Position numbers and translations under genes: made by a program. Positions 1 to 12,417 of a stretch of 64,000 nt of DNA are shown here, in pieces. This stretch comes from Camelus ferus (taxonomy: Eukaryota). The notes beneath the pieces were generated by a model. The model ran no database searches. It saw nothing but the letters and a program-made list of their open reading frames with translations, and was not told the DNA's origin. The DNA is taken from positions 25,482,001 through 25,546,000 of the forward strand of contig NC_045712.1 of NCBI RefSeq assembly GCF_009834535.1. Reading direction: 5' to 3'. The stretch's first letter is position 1. Each line of letters opens with the position of its first letter.

Positions 1-421
1 ATGTTTCAACTTAGAAATGCTGGTGGTTCAGTGAGGCAGAAGTTCTGTTTGGTGAGCTTAGAATAGCCTGATGCTCAGTGGGCAGAAGATATATTTTGGG
101 GACTGTCTTGGAGGCTGAAGTCTTGATGTCTGTCTAGGTGACACTGTCAGGCAGAAGGAAACCAGATCTGGAGGAGGAAATGACAGTATCACAGAGGAGT
201 TAAATAAGTCGAGGGTTAAATTATGTCAAGTGTGGATGTCACCTAGAGAATACAGTTTTTTTTTTAATGGTACAGAAGGCAANNNNNNNNNNNNNNNNNN
301 NNNNNNNNNNNNNNNNNNNNNNNNNNNNNNNNNNNNNNNNNNNNNNNNNNNNNNNNNNNNNNNNNNNNNNNNNNNNNNNNNNNNNNNNNNNNNNNNNNNN
401 NNNNNNNNNNNNNNNNNNNNN

Positions 422-609
422 AAATTGTAGAATAGACTACACTGTATAGCACAGGGAAATATACACAAAATGTTATGATAACTCACAGAGAAAAAAATGT
501 GACAATGAGTGTGTATATGTCCATGAATAACTGAAAAATTGTGCTGAACACTGGAATTTGACACAACATTGTAAAATGATTATAAATCAATAAAAAATGT
601 TAAAAAAAA
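422..609 (+). mobile_element. 3' end of a young lineage-specific L1 with poly(A) signal and A-tail
   Basis: ...CTGTATAGCACAGGGAAATATAC...ACAACATTGTAAAATGATTATAAATCAATAAAAAATGTTAAAAAAAA, a typical laurasiatherian L1 3' UTR. The 5' part lies in an N gap. Confidence 0.7.
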
Positions 610-862
610 GTGAGAGGGCTAGATGATAAGAGAATGGGAAATAAATATAGGTTATCCAAAATCAAAGGTAAATAGTGGATTTAGGGGGAGGGGTGAGTGG
701 TCAACTGTCTTCTGGAAAGATGTGTACTATTGATTGTTCCTACACTGATCTACAGTCGAGTCATGGCAGCTGGAGTCAGCAAGGGCCAGCAGTCTTTGCT
801 GCATGGACCCAACCTGTGTAGACATTTGTTGACTGGCTGCCTTTTTTTTTTTTCTTAAACAG

Positions 863-3800
863 GTGTGGTGTCTGTCTGTTTTGAGGGAGACAGTGATGGT
901 TACATTAACTTGGTGGCCTACCCTTATGTGGAAAGTGAGACGGTGGAGCAGGATGACACTCCAGAACGGGAGCAACCTCGGCGCAAACACTCCCGCCGGA
1001 GCCTGCACCGGTCAGGCAGTGGCAGTGACCACAAGGAGGAAAAAGCCAGCCTGTCCCTCGAAACCTCAGAGAGGTAAGAGGGTGGTGAGTGGGGTTGGAG
1101 GTGCCTATCTGGTCCTGTCAGCACAAATACTCAGAATATCTCCAGTCCTGCTACATCATGGGGAAGTAGGGCTCAAAGTTGCGGAAGGATGGTGGATGTT
1201 CTTGGGCCATCCACATAGGTGCAGCCTGCTGCCTGTGTTTCACCCCAGTGATGCCTGCTTCTGAATATGGCTGTGGTTGGTTGAGAGAGAATGAGGCTCT
1301 GTTAGTCCTTTAGAAGAAAGAATGCCCTGTTTTCTCCAACTTGGTTATATCTCGCATCCCCAAGACAGAAGGTCAAAATGCATTGGTCCACGAAGGTTCC
1401 AACTGCTTTCTCAACTGCAGGATGTCAGAGCGCAGTGGCAATGAGCAGCCGTCTAGACCAATGTTCTTTAAGGGTTTTGGGTGTCAGAGCTCTCTGAGAC
1501 TCTGGTATCAGCCTTTCATTGTACCTAAAATTTAGTTTATTGCATTGGAAATTGATTTTTCTTGTAGATTAGGAAAATAATCTGCAAAGAATTATGTTTC
1601 TTGATGTATCATGTGAAAAAGTGGTTAAACTCCTACTAGGGTGGCAATAATCAAAAGGACAGACAATAAAAGTTTGAATGAGGATGTAGAGAAAATGGAA
1701 CCATCCTACATTGGTGATGGGAATGTAAAATAGTGCAGCTGTTCTGGAAAACAATTAGGAAGTTCTTCAAAAAGTTAAAGCCAGCAACTCCTCTCCTAGG
1801 TGTATACCCAAGAGAATTGAAAGAATATATTCACACACAAAACTTGTAACCTAATGTTTATAACATCGTTACTCTTAACAGCCCAGAAGTGGAAACAACC
1901 CAAGTGTCCGTCAATTGATGAATGATAAATTAAATGTAGTGTATCTTACAATAGAATATTACTNNNNNNNNNNNNNNNNNNNNNNNNNNNNNNNNNNNNN
2001 NNNNNNNNNNNNNNNNNNNNNNNNNNNNNNNNNNNNNNNNNNNNNNNNNNNNNNNNNNNNNNNNNNNNNNNNNNNNNNNNNNNNNNNNNNNNNNNAAGGC
2101 AAGTCCATCTTTTCTGTCCAAGAGACAGAAAGCAGATCAGTGGATGCCAGGGACTGAGGGGGAGGGGAAGATGGGAAGTAGACTGGTTTGGTGACAGGGT
2201 TTTTGGGGAGTGATGAAAATGTCCCCAAAACTAGGTAGTGATGATGCTTTATGACTTCAAGAATATACTAAAAACACACACACTGAATTGTTAAATAAAT
2301 AAAAATATAACTAATGTAAATGAAAAATAATACGAGCTTCCTGAAACAAAGCAGAATCAAAATTGTTTGGTTAACTTACTTTATACATATTTAATCTCAC
2401 TCAAAAATAAGTTTCAGTGAATAGGATTCTCTGTGACTTGACTCAGAAGTTGAAATTGGGACTTTTTTTTATCTCTGACATCCGATCACTTCAGCAACAC
2501 AGGCTGCACACCCTGCCTGCTTCTTACTACTTTACTTATGCTAATACCATTTACTCACTTCAATGGGCTTATGCATCTGGGCCTCCATTTCACCCCTCAG
2601 GAAGGTCTGTGGGTGGCAAATTAGACTTGATCCAGGCTCCTCCACCCTATGCAGTGAGACCCCAGAGGGTGACTTGTCTGAGCCCCTTAGCAATGTGTTG
2701 TGTTCTTTCTTCTTAGCTCACAGGAGGCAAAGAGTCCAAAGGTGGAGCTCCACAGCCATTCAGACGTCCCTTTCCAGATGTTAGATGGCAACAGTGGTCT
2801 GAGTTCTGAGAAGATCAGCCACAACCCCTGGAGCCTGCGCTGTCACAAGCAGCAGCTGAGCCGCATGCGCTCTGAGTCCAAGGACCGAAAGCTCTACAGT
2901 ATCCTTGTTTCTAGTCCAGCAGCACCTGCTACTGGGACCACGGGTCCTGTTTCAGGGCACCTTCCAGTACCATGGCCGAGGCCCTCTCTGTTGAGGGGCC
3001 TGTCTGTTGTTCTTATCTCCTTTTTCCATACATTCTTCCTCTTTGTCCTTATTTTCATCAACATGTTGTTTTTTTCTGCCTTTTGGGGCTGTTAAGACTG
3101 AAGCTTAAACCTGGCAGTTAGAAGAGTGTTGTCCAGTAGAACTGTCTGTGACAATGGAAGTATTCTGCATCTGCTAAAAAGTGTGGTAGCCACTACCCAC
3201 ACTGAGTAACTGAAATGTGGTTGCTGTGACTGAGTTACTGAATTTTAAATTTAATTAACTAAAATCTAAATTAAAGTTACCAGGCATGGATAGTGGCTAC
3301 CATATTTATCAGTGCATGTCCAGAGTCAGGGATCTGTGTGTGCGTGCATATGTACACGTGTGTATTTCTCCCCTCCCAAAAGATAATTGAAAAGTAGTAT
3401 GTTTGATTTTGGTGTTTTTTTTTTTTTTTTCTCTAAGGTTAAACACTGTATCTCTACCATATAAAATAGTTTTAAGATACTAAAGGTAAAAAAATGTTAT
3501 GAAATGGAAAGTTTTAAGGTCATTTAGTATCTTGAAGCAGTAGACAATAAATAACAAATACTTACCGAGAAAGTGAGGGCATGTGTGCTGAGTATGTACT
3601 TACTCAGTTTTCCTAAGTCTTTTGAGGGAGGAACTGCTACAGTTCCCATTTGTAGGTGAGTAAATAGAAGCACAGGGGCGGTTAAGTGTTGTGCCAGAGC
3701 CAGTGAGTGGCCAAAGCAGGATTTGAGAGCACATGCTCTCAGGTATTATGAGATATTTCTGCAACTTTCTTTGTTTTATTGTCACTTGTTTATAGGTTAT

Positions 3801-6559
3801 AGCAAGTGATGAGACTAAAAGGCTACAGATTTAATGGTCTTCTATAAATTATTCTTTAAAGAATTAGGGGATGTCAAAATGTTCATCATCAGAGTGATGC
3901 TTAGTGTCTTATCCTCCAAGACGATCTGATTGTTTCATAGTCCCAGTTGTGGAATTGAGGTCCATGCCATGACCCCGGGTGACTTTTAGCAGACACATGA
4001 CAAGCCTGTACTTTTATCTGAGATTGTTGCGGACAGTAGATTTAGATGAGGACATGGATATAAATGCCAGGCAGTCAGGACCACAGAGCTGTTTTGAGCA
4101 GAAGGTCCTAGAAGTACTAAGGAGTAAGTAGAAATAAATGGTCTGCTAGCTTGAAATTGAGTTAGAAAATGGTAAGATAGAAATTTAAATCCAGCTTTTT
4201 CTAAAGATTCCTGCTTGGGAATGTTAAATCTGGTTTCTCATTTTTGTAGTAGTGCTACAAAGAAGTCATCTTCCTTATTTCTTAGGCCTGGGTGAAGTAC
4301 TGGATTAAGTAGGGCCTTGGTTTGCACATGGTGCCAGGGATGTATATGAAACTGCCAGATCTTCTTTGGCTTATTTATGTATGCTTGTAAGACAGATCTA
4401 AAAGTAAAATAAAAATGATGACATCAACAAATGTGGTATATATATACAGTGGAAAATTACTTAGCCATAAAAAGGAATGAAATTTTGTCATATGCTATGA
4501 TATGGATGAACCTTGAAAACAGTTTGCTAAGTGAAATAGCCAAGACATAAAAGGACAAATATTATATGACTCTACTTGTATGAAGTACCTAGAACAGGCA
4601 GATTCATAGAGACAGAAAGTGAAGTAGTGGTTACCAGGGGATGAGGGTGGGGGAGCAATGGGAATTATTATTTAATGGGTACAGTTTCTAGTTTCTATTT
4701 GGGAAGATAAAGTTTTGGAGATTGGATGGTGGTGATGGTTGCACAGTAATGTAAATGTATTTAATGCCACTGAACTGTACACTTAAAAATGGTTAAATTA
4801 GGGGTGGGGTATAGCTCAGTGGCAGAGCGCATGTTTAGCATGCATGAGCTCTTGAGTTTAATCCCCAGGACCTCCATTAGAAAGAAAGAGAGAGACTGTT
4901 CTAACATACTTTAAAAAGTTCTATTAAAGAGAAAATTGAAAAAATGGTTAAATTGGTAAGTTTTATATATATTTTACCACAGTTAAGTTTTTCTTTTTTT
5001 TTAAATAATAGGCCAGTGGTGTGAAATCCACATTTGAGAGTTTGTGAGGTGAATACAGATTACATCAGAAGAGAATGCCCCCTTTCTATAGATATAAATG
5101 CCAGGCGGTTAGGACCACAGAGCTGTTTTGAGCAGAAGGTCCTAGAAGTACTAAGGAGTAAGTGGAAATAAATGGTCTGCTAGCTTGAAATTGAGTTAGA
5201 AAATGGTAAGATAGAAATTTAAATCCAGCTTTTTCTAAAGAAAAACTTCATTGTGCTTTCCTGGCTGGGGTTGGTGAGCATGGTTGTTACTCCCCTTGAC
5301 TGTGGTCCAGAGTTCCTCCTGCTTGAGAACGTGGTGCACCACTTCAAGTACCCCTGTGTGCTGGACCTGAAGATGGGCACCCGGCAGCACGGTGACGACG
5401 CATCAGCGGAGAAGGCAGCCCGGCAGATGCGGAAGTGCGAGCAGAGTACGTCGGCTACGCTGGGTGTCAGGGTCTGTGGCATGCAGGTGAGTGAGAGTAG
5501 GTGCTTTCACTTGGTGAAAGCCTAGGTGCTGCTGCCTGCGTGTGTGCCTGCCTGCTGTCCACACCGGCTACCTCCTGGCCCGCGATGGTCTAGAGTCTCC
5601 TCTGAGAGGGCGACTCCCCCACAGGTGCTGAGTGCATCTTTATAGATATGTTGCCCGAGCCCTCTTGTCCTTACCTGGGGACCTTGGTCTGGGCTCCAGT
5701 GCAGAAGCACTGTGAGAGCCTGTTGCCTTGTTGCTGGGGCAAGTAAGACTCTTGTCTGTCAAGATGTTCCTAGTTCGAGTCCAGCTGGTCTCCCAGGGCA
5801 GCTTGGAGGAGGCCTCCAAAAGTGATGGCAGAAAATCTGTAGGTTGGGTCTCTGCACTCTCCTGGCTTTACCACAGGAAAACTTAGGGTCAGCTTGTCCT
5901 GACCACTCCAGTTGAGCAGAAAAGCTCAGATTTGTGGGAAGTACTTTCCAGACAGTGCTTGCCCAGGGCACTGTGAAGTCATCAGTCCTCCCTGGTACTC
6001 ACCCGTCTGTCTCCTGGGGTTTCAGGTGTACCAGCTGGACACAGGGCATTACCTCTGCAGGAACAAGTACTATGGCCGTGGGTTGTCCATTGAAGGCTTC
6101 CGCAACGCCCTCTATCAGTACCTGCACAACGGCCTGGACCTGCGGCGTGACCTTTTTGAGCCCATCCTGAGCAAACTGAGGGGCCTGAAAGCTGTGCTGG
6201 AGCGGCAGGCCTCCTACCGCTTCTACTCCAGTTCCCTGCTTGTCATCTATGATGGCAAGGAGTGCCGGGCTGAGTCCCACCTGGACCGCCGGTCTGAAAT
6301 GCGTCTCAAGCACCTGGACACAGGGCTCCCTGAGGTGGCTTCACCCTGTGGCCCTAGCACCAGCCCCAGCAGCACCAGCCCCGAGGCGGGCCCCTCCTCT
6401 CCACCCAAGGTGGATGTCCGCATGATCGACTTTGCACACAGCACGTTCAAGGGCTTCCGGGATGACCCTACTGTGCATGATGGGCCTGACCGAGGCTATG
6501 TGTTTGGCCTGGAGAACCTCATCAGCATCATGGAACAGATGCGGGACGAGAACCAGTAG
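863..6559 (+). CDS. IP6K1: Inositol hexakisphosphate kinase 1, last four coding exons (5' part lies outside the window)
   Basis: Exons 863-1073, 2717-2898, 5311-5486 and 6026-6559 (TAG) have AG/GT boundaries and compatible phases. Motifs PCVLDLKMG (PxxxDxKxG), YSSSLL and MIDFAH are present; C-terminus MRDENQ*. The 1103 nt here plus a 223-nt first coding exon would give 441 aa. Confidence 0.97.
1620..2310 (+). mobile_element. Old L1M 3' fragment (ORF2 end / 3' UTR)
   Basis: GAGGATGTAGAGAAAATGGAACC...GGGAATGTAAAATAGTGCAGC...CTCCTAGGTGTATACCCAAGAGAATTGAAA...GGAAACAACCCAAGTGTCC. Confidence 0.8.
3125..3318. mobile_element. MER3-like hAT-Charlie MITE
   Basis: GTTGTCCAGTAGAACTGTCTGTGACAATGGAAG...GGTAGCCACTA...GAAATGTGG...TAGTGGCTACCATATT; internally palindromic, as in MER3. 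Confidence 0.75.
3590..3740 (-). mobile_element. MIR SINE fragment
   Basis: Degenerate core CCCATTTGTAGGTGAGTAAATAGAAGCACAG..GGTTAAGTG..GCCAGAG...GCAGGATTTGA. Confidence 0.5.
4420..4985 (+). mobile_element. L1M 3' UTR fragment, interrupted by a SINE
   Basis: CAACAAATGTGGTATATATATACAGTGGAAAATTACTTAGCCATAAAAAGGAATGAAA...ATGGATGAACCTTGAAAAC...GATGGTGGTGATGGTTGCACA...CACTGAACTGTACACTTAAAAATGG. Confidence 0.85.
4800..4939 (+). mobile_element. tRNA-derived SINE (camelid Vic-1-like) with 15-bp target-site duplication
   Basis: A box TAGCTCAGTGG (4812-4822), degenerate B box GAGTTTAATCC, A-rich tail. TSD AAAAATGGTTAAATT at 4785-4799 and 4940-4954. The family assignment is from memory. Confidence 0.8.
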
Positions 6560-9402
6560 GCCCAGCTCTGGGTCCCCAGAACCCCTTCCTCTCCACCCGC
6601 AGGCAGGGACCATTNNNNNNNNNNNNNNNNNNNNNNNNNNNNNNNNNNNNNNNNNNNNNNNNNNNNNNNNNNNNNNNNNNNNNNNNNNNNNNNNNNNNNN
6701 NNNNNNNNNNNNNNNNNNNNNNNNNNNNNNNNNNNNNNNNNNNNNNNNNNNNNNGCCAGGCTTCTTAGTTCTACGGCTCTGACTGCTGTGTCCAGGCTGA
6801 CTTAGGAAGGAAGAGGGGCCCCTGGTGGGCTTGCCAACAGGGATAGATTACCCTTGGACATTGGTTTCTCTTGCCTAGGTCTTTGGGGTCTGTGGCTGCA
6901 GAGTCCTGCTGGTTGTGATGTGAAGCCTTGTGTTGGTGCAGGGCCCATCCATGCTCACTCATCCCTTATTCCTCAGATGTAGAGGGATTGGGTGCCCATC
7001 TCTTGGGGGACTTTGTAACTTGTGGGTATCAGCCAGCTCTTACAACAGATGTCCCCAGGGCACTATAGGGCCAAGTGGACACAGCTGGACCCATCCTTCT
7101 TGGTTCTGATTTTGGCTTGAGTCTAGATTCATGAAGCTGTGCTGAAGCCAGCTTATGACAGAGGGCAGGCCCTGGGGTCCCCAGGCACTCTTTGGCACTT
7201 CAACCTGCTCCTCCTCCTGCCTGCACACCCTAGCCTGCCTTTCTCACCAATATCCCTTGCCTATGGAGGCTGGCTACCCACTCATGCCCTACTGGAGGGG
7301 GCCTTGCTCTGTTTGCTGAGTGTCCAGCAGGCCTCATCGCCTCTGGTGGCGCCTCTGGTGGCTCTTGCCCAGACAGTATTTCCAATTCTTGTGCTGTGGG
7401 TAGGAGTCATCTTCCTCTATTTGGGCAGCTGTGGGTTGGGCTGCTCCTCCCAGGGCTCAAAGGCTGTGGTCTGCTCAGGGTCTCACCTCTCCCCAGGCCA
7501 AGCTCCAGGAGGAGCTCCAGGCTTGTGAGGGAGAACTTTAAGCGTGTTGGCTTATAGGGATATTGTCTGGGCCTTGGATGCAGGTACCCAGGTTCTGCTA
7601 TTGAGAGTTTTGTCTTATCAGTACTGGGGTCCATCAGTCTGTTTGTCCATCTGCCAGCTCCTGTCTCTTGGGGTCTTTCCCCTGGAGTGTAGCTTTGTTC
7701 GTTAGTAAATACTGATTTCCTTCATTCCTGAGAGGAATATTCTCTTTACCATTTCTGAGGTTAGCTTTTGCCCCTCTACCCTTCTTCAGCAGGTGCTACC
7801 TTTTTACAAAGAACTGGTAGCAAGATAAACTGGAGGAGGTGTTTCCCTGCTGGCCTAGCACCCTCTCTGTGAGCCTGGAGTGTGGCCTCCTCAACACTCA
7901 GCACTGACAGTGGCACAGTGAAGGCCCAAGGGGTGACCCCTGCCTTTCCCATGGTTTTAGGAGTTTTTGCTGCCAGCCCTTAATGGAATAGAGACCTGTC
8001 ACCTCTAACATATGTGACCAGGATGTGACACTGCACTCATCCTTTGTCGAGGTTAGTGCCCTCACTACCGAGCCTAGGGCCACTGTCATTGTCACTTTTG
8101 GCATGTCCCTGTTCGGGCATTAAAGGTAAGCCTGCTAGCGTGTGTCTGTGAGAGGACTAACTTCCTGGTCCTTAGAGTTGCAGCCCCACATCGTAATTAG
8201 GGCTCCTTGATGGGATCCCATCTCTCTTGGCCCTCTCACCCTGGTGCCAGTGGTGGGCAGGTTCCCATTCCTTGGGGCTAGGAGGGACAACTTGTTTGTT
8301 TGTGGTCTGTAATGACCATCTTCTCTCCTGTGATGCTCTGTGGCTGCAGCCATAGGGGCAGTAGCTCTTCATTAATGTGGATAGTCATTTCCTGGTAGGG
8401 CAGAGGGTAAGACAAAGGGTCTGGGGCCACTCGGGACCCCCTTGATGTAACCTGTCCAGCCTTGGGGCGTGCCTCCCGAGTTCCTGTGTTTTGGGAGCAA
8501 TGCTGCCCCATTCCATTCTTCATAGAGAAAGAGGCTGTACGCACTTATAGTCACTGTTTTCCTGGCACCAAAAAAAGCAGGGCTGGGATTTGCTGCTTCT
8601 CCCTCAGGGCAGGGACCCTCTTTTCTGCACTTTTGAACACTTAGGAGACCCAGAACTGTTACCTGGTGGGTGGTGGGCATGTGTCTGCACACGCTATTGC
8701 TCCCTGCTTCATGCCAGGGAGCCCTGTTTCTGCTGGGCCCTGCCTTCCCAGCCCCAACTTGGGACCAAAGTGCAAGATGGGATCATGGGTTGGGGCGCTC
8801 AAGTGGCCCCTCTCTATATAGTGCTTCCCTGGGCCAAGTCGAACCAGCCCCCTAGCGGGGAGGGATGGGCGGTGCTTAAAGAGGAAGGGGACCAGTGTAG
8901 CAACTTGCCAGGGACCCCACCCCTCCCTCACATCGGGCCTGTGCAGTGGGCGTGGGGATTCCCCCTAAGGGGGCCAAAGGCCTGGGCTATTTCAGGCAGG
9001 AGCTGCTTGCTCACTCACTCACATCTGGCCATGTGCACCACCCCTAGATGCAGATTGCTTTGAACTTTAAAGCTGTTCAATTTGTTTTTGTTTGTGCCGG
9101 TTTAAAAAATGTTTTAATTGGGAGAACCCTGGGAAGAGCCTGGTTCCTTTGCTTCTTGGGGAACTGTAAGGCCTCGACTCGAGGACCTCTCTGCTCCACT
9201 CTTTTCTGGAAGCTGCCTAAGCTTGTCCACACCGCCCGAGCCCTGCGCCCTGATATGACACATGGCTCCGCTTCTGGGCAGGTTGCCTTTTCTCGGGACC
9301 TTGAGTGCGGGGCAGGGGGTGCTCCAGCCCTGGGCCGAGCCCGTCCCTTTCTGTACACCTAGCGCTGCCCGCCCCGCTTGTGTCTGAGGTCGTGTCTGTC
9401 AA

Positions 9403-9408
9403 AATAAA
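9403..9408 (+). terminator. IP6K1: Polyadenylation signal AATAAA of IP6K1 (3' UTR about 2.85 kb)
   Basis: AATAAA at the end of the long 3' UTR, immediately before the GMPPB CpG island. Confidence 0.7.
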
Positions 9409-9459
9409 GCCGCTAGAAACTGAGGCATGTCCCTGTTTTTGAGAAAACCCCGTGGCCTC

Positions 9460-11975
<2,516 letters not shown>

Positions 11976-12211
11976 GGGGATGCCTTGGGGCTAGCTGAGC
12001 TCCCATTTCCCTCCTGGCAAGGGGAGCACTGGCTCGACCCATCAGAAGGCCCTGGACTCATTGCCATTTGGCTGGGGAGGACTGGATGAGGATGAAACTG
12101 TTGTACACCTGCCTCCTGCAGTGGACATACTCTGGCAGGATCCTTGTTGGGCACACCCCACAAAGCCCACTCCCTCAAGGAGGGCCAAGGCAGGACTGTA
12201 TGTAATAATAA

Positions 12212-12217
12212 TTTAAT
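12212..12217 (-). terminator. RNF123: Likely RNF123 polyadenylation signal (ATTAAA on the minus strand)
   Basis: TTTAAT on the plus strand about 200 nt past the RNF123 stop, inside the GMPPB 3' UTR region. Confidence 0.55.
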
Positions 12218-12417
12218 GCTCACTGTGGCCCTGACTGAAAGTCGAGCTCAGGCACAATTAGGGCATGGCTGGGCTCCCGCCAACGAAGTTACACACAGGC
12301 AAGGAGGTTGGATGTGGGGCTGGTGGGTGGAGGACAGGGCAAGGGGAGCTCATAAATAGGGCCCAGCCTGGGTTTGGGTTCAAGGGTGGGGACTCCTGCT
12401 GTGAGGGCCAGGCAGGC

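Larger units (their letters stand above)
4057..5241 (+). repeat. Direct repeat pair of 151 bp (4057-4207 and 5091-5241)
   Basis: The two copies differ at only 3 positions when read by eye. Confidence 0.92.
2899..5310 (+). other. IP6K1: U12-type (minor spliceosome) GT-AG intron in IP6K1
   Basis: Donor GTATCCTTG at 2899. Branch site CCCCTTGAC at 5292-5300, 10 nt before the 3' splice site, with no polypyrimidine tract. Confidence 0.9.

Noticed and set aside
7339-7362. Tandem 12-mer GCCTCTGGTGGC x2 in the IP6K1 3' UTR, partly CTCF-like
   Set aside because: Only two units and one base short of the CTCF core spacing; likely simple slippage.
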